The notes under the pieces are model-generated. The model was not told the DNA's origin, searched no databases, and saw nothing but the letters and a program-made list of their open reading frames with translations. A stretch of 63,911 bases of DNA, counting the filler, from Choristocarpus tenellus KU-1152 (lineage: Eukaryota; Protista; Phaeophyceae): NCBI GenBank assembly GCA_964200185.2. It is 13 parts of 13 records of this genome, joined end to end, with 100 filler letters (N's around TTAATTAATTAA, not from the genome) between each part and the next. Parts side by side here need not be neighbours in the genome. Positions count along the whole stretch, not along the records: positions 44,747 to 49,101 come from CAXNAD020014950.1; positions 49,202 to 52,158 come from CAXNAD020023373.1; positions 52,259 to 55,412 come from CAXNAD020021917.1; positions 55,513 to 58,563 come from CAXNAD020022674.1; positions 58,664 to 61,257 come from CAXNAD020026450.1; positions 61,358 to 63,911 come from CAXNAD020026823.1; 7 more parts are not named here. One strand, 5' to 3'. The translations under genes were made by a program, and so were the position numbers. This document shows positions 48,983 through 61,599 of the stretch, one piece after another; the first letter of the stretch is position 1; every line of letters begins with the position of its first letter.

Positions 48983-51900
48983 CTGGAACGGGATGAGGGT
49001 TAGGGTTAGGGTTTCAGCGGAGGGATGGGGGGGGTGGGGGGTGGGGGGGGTGGGGGAGAGAGGGAGAGAGAGTAAGAGGGGTAGGGGTGAGAGAGGAGGG
49101 GNNNNNNNNNNNNNNNNNNNNNNNNNNNNNNNNNNNNNNNNNNNNTTAATTAATTAANNNNNNNNNNNNNNNNNNNNNNNNNNNNNNNNNNNNNNNNNNN
49201 NACCCAAAAATCGCGACATGATAAAATTGACCCCAAAAGGACAGCCGCCACCCCCTCACAGATACTTTGAACCAAATATGTGCAAAATTCGACTGCTTTC
49301 GTAAATACGCGTAGGATATTTATTGAATTCTGTCCATTGATTTCTGTCGAAAAATATCAAAGAGTAGAGAAACCAATGCTCTCAAGTCAAACTTACCATC
49401 AAACCCATAGAAATATAGGTGAATCTACAAAATATTGAAAAACTTGCTTGAAATGCAAAATGGCCAAAACCTGGGTACCTCTCGTTAACTTGGGCTACAT
49501 ATTCAAATACAACAAAACAGTTCGAAGCCTAACAAGAACTGCAGGGTCTGCATTACCCAGGTGAAGCAAAAGGTGAGGGAACACGTAAAATATCGTATTT
49601 AGCTCCGGCTCGTACGAATCCACAAATAAATGTTCAGGCCAACAATACAGAGCTCTCTAGCAGTATTGTGTTGTTGTCCCACTGACATTTTGACCCACAG
49701 TGAACGAGAGGTACCCATGTTTTGGTAGAATTGCATTGTAAGCCGTATGTTATAAAAATATTCCCCAATTCACGCTTATTTCTCCTATGGATGAAGTGAT
49801 AAGATTGACTTGAGAGCATCTTTTTCACAAGTTGCTGCTCCTTACGCCAAATCAATGGATAATCCTATCACCATTGTATTTAGTACACACGTGTCGTGAA
49901 ACCTTTGGTGGTATGCATGCTTATGAGTCACATTTTCTACTTTTTAGCAACAGACCACACCCCCTCGATTTTGCCATGACTCAGGAACAGCTACCCAATT
50001 CCTAACCCTAGACACATGTCCATTACATACGATCTCTCCCTACATCACCACGAGTCAGTGCTCTCCCAATATTAATACAGTCCTCCTTATGTACTAGTAA
50101 TAATTTTGTTTACATGATTTTTTTTATATTTACTTCCTTCTACACAATATAAATATTTTAAAGTGTGCGTGTTTTTGATTTTCATTGTTCATACATATTA
50201 TGTACTATTGTGGTACAAAGTAAAGTAAGCTGTACAACTCATGCATGCACTACTACTGGTATTATATTCACATGAAAACAAGAAACGAGGTGAGAGATTG
50301 GGATTCACACGATGCTGACAACTGATGTCGACGGTGACAAGATAAGGCCGGTTCTAGACAGTAGGTTAAAGGGGAATTTCTCACTTAATATCTGAAGGTG
50401 TGATGAATCTGCACAATCTAAAACTAGAGTTGGCGGAAGACCGTCGACTCCAACGACCCTAAACATCATCATCATATCCGACAGTAAATACCACGTAATA
50501 ACTTTGGCAATGCGAAGTACCTTCTCCTACACTAGTCTCGATCAAACAATCAACTTGTCCGACAACTTCAACCTGATTCCTCATTCAATAGCCGCGAAAA
50601 CCTAATAGATTACTTCACAATACAGGTACTACATGGAGGTACTTTCCATAACTTTCTAGGACTACCAACATCAATTGATATCTGATTGTGAAGATCACAA
50701 CGACATTGACAGCCCTTCAACTTTAACCTTTACCTCCCTCAACCCCACTTCATTCACTAGTCTTGTCTTACTGTCGGATATTGTTACCCCTTTGAGACGA
50801 ACTACTCAATTCTATTAGGGATAACCACCTCTATCTTTGTTTTCATTTTATTCCAACTACCTCATCATCTCGTTACCAGGTCACCCATTCAGATCTTTTC
50901 AAGGTAAGAAATATACGATATTATCACGATTTGATTATTCCACAAAATGCAAATTGTTGCTAATGCCGAGATGGTAGCAAAGGCAGGTACAACGAAATCG
51001 CCATTTTATCAATGACCAAAAAGGTTGACATTTTTATCAAGTGAAGGGTTTCAGATGGTGCGTATATTGTCAACCACAACAAAATTTTGAAATGAGAGTT
51101 CATCTGTTATCCTTCTGTACAAGCCAATGTCTCTTTTATTTACCCTTCAGTGAAGTGCTTTTCATGGTGCGTAGATGAAGTGACTGATATGTATTTTTTT
51201 TCCCTCTCCTTTTGGTATTTATGAAAACTTGACTTTAACAAAAATCATATTTGGCCAAGGGTAATCACAAGGCACCAATAGGAGGTAGTGTTACTAACAA
51301 ACGATAACTGTTGATCGGAAATCAAGTGATATCAAGATGCAATGCAACTGTTTGATATCATCTCTTCCGCTTCCTTTGCGAAATATAACCAGATGCTACA
51401 ACTATGAAGGTCTTAGTTGTTTAGGAATGCAGACTCTGCTGTCGTGTTCTTATCTTACTCCCTTGTCTGCTGCTTCTTCCACTCACCACGACGACACTGA
51501 CACTAAAAAAAAGAAAGTGGATGTGTCTGGAATAAAAAACATGCGAACAAGTGCCGTTTCAAAGGAGGAAGCAGCTCATACACAGCATGAACTAAGTGTA
51601 AAAAAGGGTCAGAATCCCTGCAGACTGTTCTCAACACTAATAGTGCAATTCCTGTTCCTACCTGGGCAATGGCGGTCGTACTCTTGTGTATCCTACAGCC
51701 TCACCGATAATAGTACCCCAAAATGATAATGAATACATTGTACCTACCCGCCCTGAGCAGAGTGTAGCACGGCAGACTATGTGTATCGAACGGCTGTATC
51801 TATAGATAGAGATACGAACAATGTTGTTGCAGAACTCCCTCAGAAAAGAAAACATATCTATTTGATGCATCAATTAAAAAAAGGGATTGTCATGGCGTGA

Positions 51901-52302
51901 AGATGATGCTTCTGGACCATGACCACCTGGATGATGGCTGTAGGAAAATGGCACTGGGCTCAAGCTGACCGTAACTGTAGAGCTGAGCTCTAGCAGATCA
52001 TTTTAGATGCTGATAAACTCTCACATCGTACGTACTGAAATAGTTAACAGTGGTCCTGATTTTTGCTGGATGGATGAGAAAGATTGACGGACACCGCCCC
52101 CCCCCCCCCCTCCCAAAACCCTTCCCACCTTTTTTCCGTGCTTTTTTTTGTTGCTTGCNNNNNNNNNNNNNNNNNNNNNNNNNNNNNNNNNNNNNNNNNN
52201 NNTTAATTAATTAANNNNNNNNNNNNNNNNNNNNNNNNNNNNNNNNNNNNNNNNNNNNCCCTCACAAACCACCCCCCCCCCCACAGATACTTTGACCCTC
52301 TT

Positions 52303-52597
52303 TGCCTACTCCAAAATATTTCGGAGTAGGCATATTGTGTATGTTATGAAAAGGCGTGTCCGGAACAAGGATACTGACTGACACTTCCTAACAAACACAA
52401 TAGCCAAAATTACTTCAAAATCGCAACATTGGATTTTGACCCCCAAATGGACGTGGCTCTGTCCTCTAAGATACTTTGGCTCTTTTACTTACTTCGAAAC
52501 ATTTCGGGGTAGGAAAATGCCATAAAAACCCCTTGGGAAGCCAAGCCCCAAATGGACAAACAGGACAAAATTCGTACCCTCTAAGATACTTTCACCC
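52303..52597. mobile_element. Rearranged MITE family A (left half inverted, central hairpin present twice)
   Basis: 52303-52482 is the left half on the minus strand ending at its TIR; 52483-52597 is the right half on the plus strand. Confidence 0.8.
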
Positions 52598-53849
52598 TGA
52601 TCATCAAGAGGTACCTCTCCTTCTCCAAGCATTTCTCCCCTCAATCCAAAAACACAAGTTTGAGTTCTCAGTGCAACTCTGTTCAGTGTTTATGACAAGC
52701 TACTGCAGTAAACATTAATTGTATTGAACACGTTAAAACTGGTCTAAATAGTTTTTGATGTCAAAACTGTTGAAAATCCCCAATTGGTTCGCAGTGAATA
52801 TGATGTACATGCACAGGACAGTATGAAATGGTGTAAACATGTGTACTAGAGTGTGGATTGATTTGCCATGATCACGGGTGGGGCAAGACCTTCGCGGTCT
52901 TATTTTCAATTCTGGTGTTTATGATTGTCCACATTAGGGATCTAGTCATTTCTTTTATAGTTGTCTTCAGTATGACTAGCATATCAGGAACATACTGCAG
53001 TCACAGAATAATATGAAATATCAAACACATATGGCACGTGATGTCACTCACCAGATGTAATATTGACTGGCGAAACACCTAACTACAGGTCGACATATCC
53101 ATCATTGATCTCAACCAATGACCTATTCTGCCTGTGGTGTCTATAGTTAGTTGGCCGGGAGAACTACCTAAAAACAAAACCTGTGGTTTCTTTCTACTGA
53201 AGAGTGAATGGGTTGTGTTGATTAGTAAATGCACAAATGATTTATAATTATCAAAAGTAATTTGCAGTGTACAGATAACACCATAAATGTTGACCAGACT
53301 GAGTATGAAGATGTTTGAAGTGGACTATTAAGGATGCTGGTTAGTGAACTGTCTTTCCAATAATTCCTCGATTATCATCTAGGTCACTTATCCTTGCTCC
53401 TATCCAACATCCCGCAACAGTCTTCTGATCACCTGGTTGCCAAGGATCGGTTTGGAAGATCAGTACCGATGTTTGCTGCTGAAAGTGACAATCCAACGAT
53501 TTTGAGACCATACATGGATGCTCTTGAAAGGGATAGGGTAAGGACAACACAAAGTTTTCTTACTTCTAAATTGAGGTGGCTTTGTTTTGGCATCTTACAA
53601 CCTTCTGATATAAAAGTTCAACATTCACCTCTCAAACCCTTTCATCCTGTGACATGCAATGTTTTGAAACATACATCACTACAGTGTCCAGTACTAACTG
53701 CATAGTGTGTAGTTTGAATGTGAGCATGGTGGTAGGATCTAATTTGGATTAAAACCCTTGATTGTTTTCTCTGACATATCTGGATTGTCCTTTTTCTGTG
53801 AGCAACACAGAGATGATTGTCAAAGGTGGTATTGTGATATGCTCTCTAT

Positions 53850-55110
53850 AGACGAAGAAACACATGTTGAGCAGACTGGATATGGTGTTGTTGGAAGTGG
53901 GATAAGTAGCTCTTGCTTGATCTCATACTCGCCATGGATTTGTTTGTGTGGTAGACACGTCCACCATGTTAATGGTCCCCTTACTGACTCTTGAATTGTT
54001 GTGTGCGTCACCTCACAACAGCTTTCTAAAGAGCTGGTTGCCAAGAATTGGGAGGGAAATTCTGTTGTGATGATTGCCGCTATAAGTGGCTATCTAGAGA
54101 TGATGAGGATTTTACAGGATGCGCTAGGAGAAGCAAAGGTGAGAACATAAGGTGTCCTATCTATGAGTGAAAGTATCTTAGAGGGTACGACGTTTGCCCT
54201 GTTTGTCCGTTTTGGGCTTGGCTTCCCATGGGTTTTTTTATTGCATTCTCCTACTCCAAAATGTTTCGGAGTAGGTAAAATGTATACGTTATGAAAAGGT
54301 GAGTCCGCAACAAGGATATTGACACTTCCTAACAAACATGGTAGCCAAAATTACGTCGAAATCGCATCATTGGATTTTGGCCCCCCAATGGGCGCGGCTC
54401 TACCCTCTAGGATACTTTGGCTCTGTCATGGATACAAAAACCCTTGATTGTTTTTGTGAGATGTGATTGGGTTGTCCTTATACTGTGAGTAACACATCTA
54501 TGAGTTTCAATGGCTGTATGGAACACGCTCTCCAATGCTCATGGACCCATATTGACAAAATTTGATGTTTATGCAGTTTTTAGACTTAGCAGTAACAGAC
54601 TTCACGAGAATTTGTAGGTTAATATTCACAATGTAAAGGAATTGGGCTATCTCACTTTTGCCCTTTGAATAAAAAATTGAAGTTTGTTTCCTAAAAATCA
54701 CTGTACAAAATATTATCCAAATATATCCTACATTGCTTTTAATATGTATTTACTTCTCAATTATGCAGTACGATGTCATCACTAATAAAACAGAAGTATC
54801 GGCAACGGGACACATTTTTGAGCAGACTGGATATAGTGTTGGAAGCGGCTTAAAGAACCCTTGCTTGATCTACTCACTTGCCATGCCTTTTTTTAGACTT
54901 ACAGATACAACTGTCTATTTTTTTTATGATCCCCTGCTAACTCTTTGGTTGTTGTGCACACGCAACCTCACAACATGTCTCTGAGGAACTGGTTGCCGGG
55001 GATAAGCATGGCAAATCTGTTGTGACACTTGCTACCCAAAGTGATAATCTTGACATGACGATATTTTTGCGACATGAGTTGGAAAAAGCTAAGGTGAGAA
55101 CGGAAGATGA
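53850..55110. repeat. Diverged ~300-bp direct duplication (53850-54150 and 54805-55105)
   Basis: GAGCAGACTGGATAT, TTGCTTGATCT, CCTCACAACA, CTGGTTGCC and AAGGTGAGAAC are collinear in both. Confidence 0.8.
54165..54423 (-). mobile_element. MITE family A, full copy
   Basis: TIRs and interior match family A. Confidence 0.92.
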
Positions 55111-55286
55111 CTTACGTTAGGCATTTTGGAGTATCCTCTGTGGTATTTTGGTTGACTCATTGTTGATTCTTATATTGAATTTCGAAAGACAGTCACTCAA
55201 ACCCTCTATTTTGAAATATACTACTAGTACTTGTACGTTGTTTTGAGCTGTACATCGCTACTGTGTTCAGTACAAGACACTCTGTA

Positions 55287-55317
<31 letters not shown>

Positions 55318-55512
55318 GGTCGAATCTAAGCATGGATAAACACATTTTGTGTGTAAGGCTCAACGTATCTGGGGGGGGGGGGGGGGGGGGGGGGGTGTTT
55401 TTGGGCTCCTTTNNNNNNNNNNNNNNNNNNNNNNNNNNNNNNNNNNNNNNNNNNNNTTAATTAATTAANNNNNNNNNNNNNNNNNNNNNNNNNNNNNNNN
55501 NNNNNNNNNNNN

Positions 55513-56388
55513 CATCACGACGAAAAACTTAAAGATCACAGTCGCACCGCTAAAAAACCGCATGATACAAAAGTACTGAAGACTCACCTTGGGAAACCTG
55601 GTCCCTTTGAGAGACTTTGCTTTCCCTGCCCCCAGTCTCGAATGGAGTTGCTCCATGATTTTCTCTTCTTCAGCCCGGATTTTCCTCACCGTCCTTTTGG
55701 CGATGTTGAATTTTTCTGCGACAAAAGCGACTTTGAGCTTCTTGTTCTTGAGGTGGTCAAGCACTTCTGACTTCGTGTCCAACGTCAAGTTGGACCACTT
55801 TGATACATGGCCCCTCCTGTAAGGGGCACTAGATTTCTGCCCACGGCTGCCAGCTGCAACACCAGAGGAGCTACCGTTCAGTGAGTCGAGCGATGAAGCT
55901 GATAACAATGCGCCCTTGCCGTCAGCGCCTGCGACTTGCTGCAGTGCCAAGCACTGCCCCTCACACTCCTCACACGAACGTTTGCAGTCATCGTCGAGTT
56001 CGGGATCCCTTACACCACATATACCATGGAGGTGCCCACCACACTTACGGCACTTGTGGATTGTGTAGAAAGGCGGACTCGGTGTATTTGAAGGCATTTT
56101 GCAGAGGTTTCACGCGGCACAAGGCATGACTTCCACTTTATTCCCCTACCGGCAACGTACTGTACTGCTGTGTGGTCATGACTCAGGAAGAAAGGCACTT
56201 TTCGTGAGAATTTTTTTCGCGCGCGCCAAACTCGCGTGAGTATCTCCCCGATTTTGTGCAAAATCGCCCGAATACGATCATTCCGGTACAAAAGTCTATT
56301 TTTTTGAGCATGTCGAAAAAAGCGGTACAAAATTTCATATTTTTCGATTTGGTTCATAATATTTGGCATAAAATCGGGGTAGGTACTG
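55513..56388 (-). mobile_element. pogo/Tigger-like DNA transposon 5' end; first exon ~56097-55588 encodes a Cys/His Zn-finger plus CENP-B-type HTH
   Basis: TA|CAGTACCTACCCCGATTTT terminus at 56388; LTLDTKSEVLDHL...VAEKFNIAKRTVRKI; AAG|GTGAG donor. Confidence 0.8.
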
Positions 56389-56689
56389 TATCCAGTTGCG
56401 TAAGATTTCCTACGTACAATAATAAATATTCTAAATTGTTATATGCCAACTGACATTTTGGAAGTAGATCGATGTCATGGAGAGAAGAAGCAACATCCCA
56501 CAATACTCCTGCTTCTTTGTACACTACTACATACATACTATAGTTAGGTAGGTTGAAGTAGTTACTAGCTAGTAATCCCTACAACACGCAGAACCTATCT
56601 ATATATATAATATGCCTAGGGTTCGTAGTGGCAGCAAGTGGTTGTTTGTGGTCAGATAAAACAAATCCACGTGCTATCAGGATTCTACA

Positions 56690-56900
56690 GACGCTGGTTT
56701 GGCAAGCGCAACCTACCTCTTTATCCATGAATATATACCTGAATCTTGGATCCAGCTGTCACATCCACACTAACGCCCTAAGCAAACCAATCAGCTCACC
56801 TCAACCATTGTTCGGAGGGATATCGATCATGTTGACGGGCTCCCATTTGGGCAACCTGGGTCCTCTAGTCCATGCAGCCCATTTTATGGTTTTGCACTGA
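56690..56900 (+). pseudogene. Possible PIF1/Helitron helicase remnant
   Basis: PLFGGISIMLTG resembles PIF1 motif III (FGGxxxxxxGDFxQLPPV), but the rest is degenerate. Confidence 0.35.
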
Positions 56901-58017
56901 AGTTGGCCGAATAAAGACTGTTCAGTGTGGAATAGTTCTGGGGCTGCCTCCAACCACTCTGGTATCGAAAGTTGTTATTTGAGAAGAACGATGCCAGCTG
57001 AAGCAGTGCATTTCGAACCCCACTTCTACCATACTTTCCCAACTACGGACCAAGAAAAAATGATGAGCCATTACTCCTGCCTCCGCCATTATTCCTCGTG
57101 TACCACTTTCCGTCCAACGTTTGGATCAGTTTGTGGCTTCTCAATCCTGTACTCACATTACAGAAAAAGAAGAAAAGAAAACATTCTGGGTTCAGAAGAA
57201 CCTCTCTCTCGTCCGACTGTTCTGCTGTGTAAGAATGTAAGTCTGCAAGGCTGACTACCTTGAAGCGACAAAAAACTGGTACTAAACGCGAAGAATTGCG
57301 ATTGACTCATGGTACAAAAGTCACGTTGAGACTGAATACTATACCCCTACCTCTAACTCAAAATATGTCTATGCAAGAACTCCCGAAATATAGGTACATG
57401 CAGTGCAGGAATCCCAAGCGCATTATACCGGATGGGCTCTACTGGTGTCTTAACACCTTTCAACAACAACAAAAAGACACAAGGCACACACGTGCGCGCG
57501 AAATCGCGCGTCTTCATAATCGCAAAAAAATCGCGCACACCAAGACCTGTGCTCGAACGCTATGATCTCGTTGCTCGCCTTCCCCACATCTATGGGACAC
57601 CGGCAAAAATGACCAAGTCTTGTGAGTTGTTGGCTCATGTGTGTGTGTGTGTGTGTGCGCGTGTGTATGTGTGATGCATGCCATCACAGAAGTCCTTCTT
57701 CTTCAGACCTGCAGTAATTGCAAGCCTGCGGATGACTTCTCTTGTCATCTAGGAAAAGCAACGCCAGTACATCCACAACCAACTCCCACCAGTCCACGGA
57801 AGAAAAAATTAATTGAACAACAAAATAAGCGTAAAGATTCGATCCCCTCTCAGGAGAAAAAGCCCCAGCGCACGTGGCAGCACGCCCCCTCGACACGCAC
57901 CCACGTTAGTCAGAGGTCCGCCTGCCCTGTCTAGAGTGTTGAAAGGGCCTCTTCCAAAAGCACAACACAAAACACAACTTCCCTCTTCAGTCCGTCCACC
58001 AAGCCCCCAAGTCAAAA

Positions 58018-58265
58018 TCAGTTTCCTCCTGCAATGGCCATGAGTGAGCGACCAGTGATGACAGCAAAAACTAAACCCACTCCACCAAAAACGCTCGCCA
58101 GTCCGAGTTCCACCGTCCGAGGGGACAAACGCCCCTGCAATCGTGGAGCAAGCTGCCCCCCAATAACAACCCCCGGCAAGAAGAACATGAGAAGATTCCA
58201 CGGGATCACATCCGCCGACCCTGCCGGGCTTGATATGATGCCTTGGAGTTGTGTAGAGGCCGCCA
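58018..58265 (-). CDS. Terminal exon of a TauE/SafE (TSUP) family membrane transporter
   Basis: IPWNLLMFFLPGVVIGGQLAPRLQGRL...GLASVFGGVG; pyrimidine-rich AG acceptor at 58266. Confidence 0.75.
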
Positions 58266-59059
58266 CTGCACAAGAGAACGCGCGTGCAACACAAGGGTAC
58301 AGGTGGCAAGATGAGTGTGTCGTAGGGGGCTGGCTTCGAAGGAAGTGATTAGTCACAAGCATGGTCAATATCAGGCTCAAAGTATCTGGGGGGGGGGAGG
58401 TTGGCTGTTCATTTGGGTTCATTTTTTTCATGTCGCGATTTTGGTGTGATTTGATTGCATACGTCGGATGGAAAATGTAAATGCACTGTTCGTGATTTTG
58501 ACCGAAATGGACACCCTGGTGTAGACACCCACCCCCCCCCCCAAAAACAATCGGCAAACAGATNNNNNNNNNNNNNNNNNNNNNNNNNNNNNNNNNNNNN
58601 NNNNNNNTTAATTAATTAANNNNNNNNNNNNNNNNNNNNNNNNNNNNNNNNNNNNNNNNNNNNCCCCCCCCCCCCCTAGATACTTTGGGTCATCAAACAA
58701 TCTCGCTGGGTTTATTACCTTTATCCTCTTGGATTATTTGGGCGATAATTTAACAACTTGTTTAGGGCAGACACAGATGTTGCAGAGCTACCACCTAAGA
58801 TACAACTTTCTAAGCTCTTAAGGTCTGCAAGCCAAAAGTTGCCTCAAGCAGGACATGTAACAACTGTTGCATCTGCTCTTTCTTTCTCCTCACAACCTCT
58901 TTTGTGTGAGAGTGAAGTTTATTTTACACCTCAAATATGTTGTTCCACTTTTTCATACCGCTGGCACACATCAGTCATCCAACATTATTCTAACTCCTCT
59001 CGCATGTTGAATGTTTCATCTCGCTGCGTATAAATTCCTGGGTATGTAGATAATGAACC

Positions 59060-61257
59060 TTATGGTTAATGAACATTACTGTTGATATTGCCACGGACAT
59101 TCCAGTAATCTCACTCAGATACATTTCATGTCCACCAAAATCTTTGCAAGGCGCCCATTCGGGAGATTCTAGCAGACACTCTGAATTTAAAAAGAGCAGG
59201 TGGTAGACCTTTATTTGCTCATGGTTTCATTCAATTTACACTACGACTTGATGACATATCAATGCCCGGCCCAAGCAGTTGTTGTACCTAATTTGGGAGT
59301 AGAATAAAATTTGTTGGATAACAGCATCATGTCAGTATTTTGGGCAGTGCTAGACTGGGATAAGGAGGAAATATCATTTAAAGACAGTGATAAATGCATT
59401 GCAGCAACTCACAAAATTATACCACTTCCCATCTGCTCCCCCCCAAGATATGTTTGTCCGACTGAAAATCCATAACTTCATATTCCAACTTCAGTGATCA
59501 CATCTGACTTCACTAAACCAAACCAGTGCATAAAGTAAAAGATATACCTTTCCCCGCCTCGGAAATGCTTGTCCCAGTTTGTTCTCAGGCACTCAGAGGA
59601 ATAGTGACTTAATGCAGTGGTGGAACCTGTCATTCATACTGGCACAGACCTTCAGCAAGAGGACGACATATACCCCCACCGGCAACATGTTATGGCCAGT
59701 CGAACCCTCACTATTTGGGAAGATGGAGGATGTTTAGTCATCTTGCCAATTTATCTCAAAAAAGGGGTCAAGATACCAGCGAATTTTGTAGGTCATATCT
59801 CCCCTGTGTCAACCACGCATTCCCTCTCAGATGTTACCATAAGTGCAGTTGCAGCTACACCCTCTACTCCCGAAGAACTGAAACAAGCTAGGGATGATTT
59901 GAAGAAGGATTTTTCAAAGAAGGCGTTCGCAAATACGCAACTAACTGACGCTTTCTGAACAAGAGGGATTACTAGATATTGTGGATAAATTCAGACCAGT
60001 GTTTTGATCATCTGAAATTGAATTAAGTTATTACACCACTACTTGTGTTGACGTTTTCACTACAACCAGGCACTAAACCGGCTTGTAGACCACCGTATCG
60101 CGCGACACAAAATATATGCGACACTGTTCTTCAGTGTGTAACTGATATAGAAAAATAGGGCATTGTAAAACACTCATCTAGCCCATGGGCATCCCCTGTT
60201 ACCATTGTTGCAAAACCTGATGAATCTCCTCGGTTCTGTACGGATTTTAGAGGAACCATTAATAAATATTTGATACATAATTCATGGTCCTTACCATCCA
60301 TGGATGAGTGTTTATCCACCTTACGGGGTTCAAAATATTTATTTTGTTTAGATATCCAATCAATCTATTGGCAACTACCGATAACTGAGGAATGCGAACG
60401 ACAAAAAAATGCGTTGATCACACCAGGTGGGAAATATGAGTTTCAGAGCTTACCGTTTGGGGTCCAAACCGCACTGTGGATCTTCCAACACTTCATGTCA
60501 GAAACTTTGGCTCAAAGTATCTGGGGGGGGGGGGGCTGTCCATTTGCGACCATATTTTTTCAAGTCGCGATTTTTGTGTGATTTGGTTGCGTACGTGGGA
60601 TGGATAATGTAAGTGCACTTTTCCTGGTTATGACCCAAATGGACACCCTGGTGTAGACCCCCCTCCCCCCTTCAGATACTTTTGGTCTTTTTCTACAATC
60701 GGTCCTAGCTCTGGGTTTTTGGTGGTATATTTAGACGATGTTGTTTTGGCCTCTCAATTGTGGGCACACCATGAACAGTTGATCACTACAGTACTATTAA
60801 CGTTATAAACTGTACAAGGAATAGCTACATCACAAGGTAGAATCGAAGCTATTTGGAAATGCATCCCCCTCAAACTATGAAAGGCTTACAAACTTTCTTA
60901 GAGGTTCTATGAACTTTGTCCAGAAGTTATTCCTCGACCACAGCAAACTGCTTTTGACAAGTGTGAACGACTTTTCACCATGGCTCCAGTTCTACACTTC
61001 CCTGATTTTTCGAAGGAATTTTTTATACATGTAGATGCCAGTAATGTTGGGAAAGGGGCGTTTTTGAACGATAAAATGGTGTCAGTTTTGATACATTTGC
61101 ATATCATAGTGCCTTGCTTTCTCCCTCCCAGTATAAAGCTAAACACAACATGTCGTCGCCATCGCAGAAGGTATTGATTAATATGTGTCTCCACAACAAA
61201 GAAAATGCGTACTCTGCTCTCAATACACACCGACCATTATTGTACATGCCTACGAGG
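59060..61257 (+). mobile_element. Ty3/Gypsy pol remnant (PR-RT-RNaseH) interrupted by MITE B at 60509-60687
   Basis: SSPWASPVTIVAKPD..RFCTDFR, LPSMDECL..LRGSKY..LDI..YWQ, LPFG, VYLDD, APVLHFPDFSKEFFIHVDAS. Confidence 0.92.
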
Positions 61258-61599
61258 NNNNNNNNNNNNNNNNNNNNNNNNNNNNNNNNNNNNNNNNNNN
61301 NTTAATTAATTAANNNNNNNNNNNNNNNNNNNNNNNNNNNNNNNNNNNNNNNNNNNNGTGTAGACCCCCCCCCCCTCCCAGATACTTTGGGTCGAACTGA
61401 GAATGAGCATTATATATTCTTGGGTATAAAGATACTTATGTGCAGACAGGCACTACGCCAGATTTGTGCGTCTACATAGTGGATGCACTGGGTGCAAGGC
61501 AACCCCACTCAATCAAAGCTATTTGCCCTGCCACCTATTTCAAATTAATGCCTTGTACTACGATTGTACTCTGAGATAGTACATATGAGGCAGAGGGAA

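Larger units (their letters stand above)
2561..61357. other. 12 artificial contig linkers N44-TTAATTAATTAA-N44 at 2561-2660, 8372-8471, 12076-12175, 14806-14905, 22564-22663, 39799-39898, 44647-44746, 49102-49201, 52159-52258, 55413-55512, 58564-58663, 61258-61357
   Basis: Identical 100-nt structure each time; TTAATTAATTAA gives stops in all six frames. Confidence 0.97.

Noticed and set aside
44575-49273. SEC23 captured between inverted MITE-B ends (Pack-type element)
   Set aside because: Both ends are separated from SEC23 by linkers and stop at the same repeat position, as expected of assembly breakpoints.
55980-56060. Fanzor/TnpB-type zinc ribbon
   Set aside because: The Cys cluster is N-terminal to a CENP-B-type HTH; no RuvC motifs.
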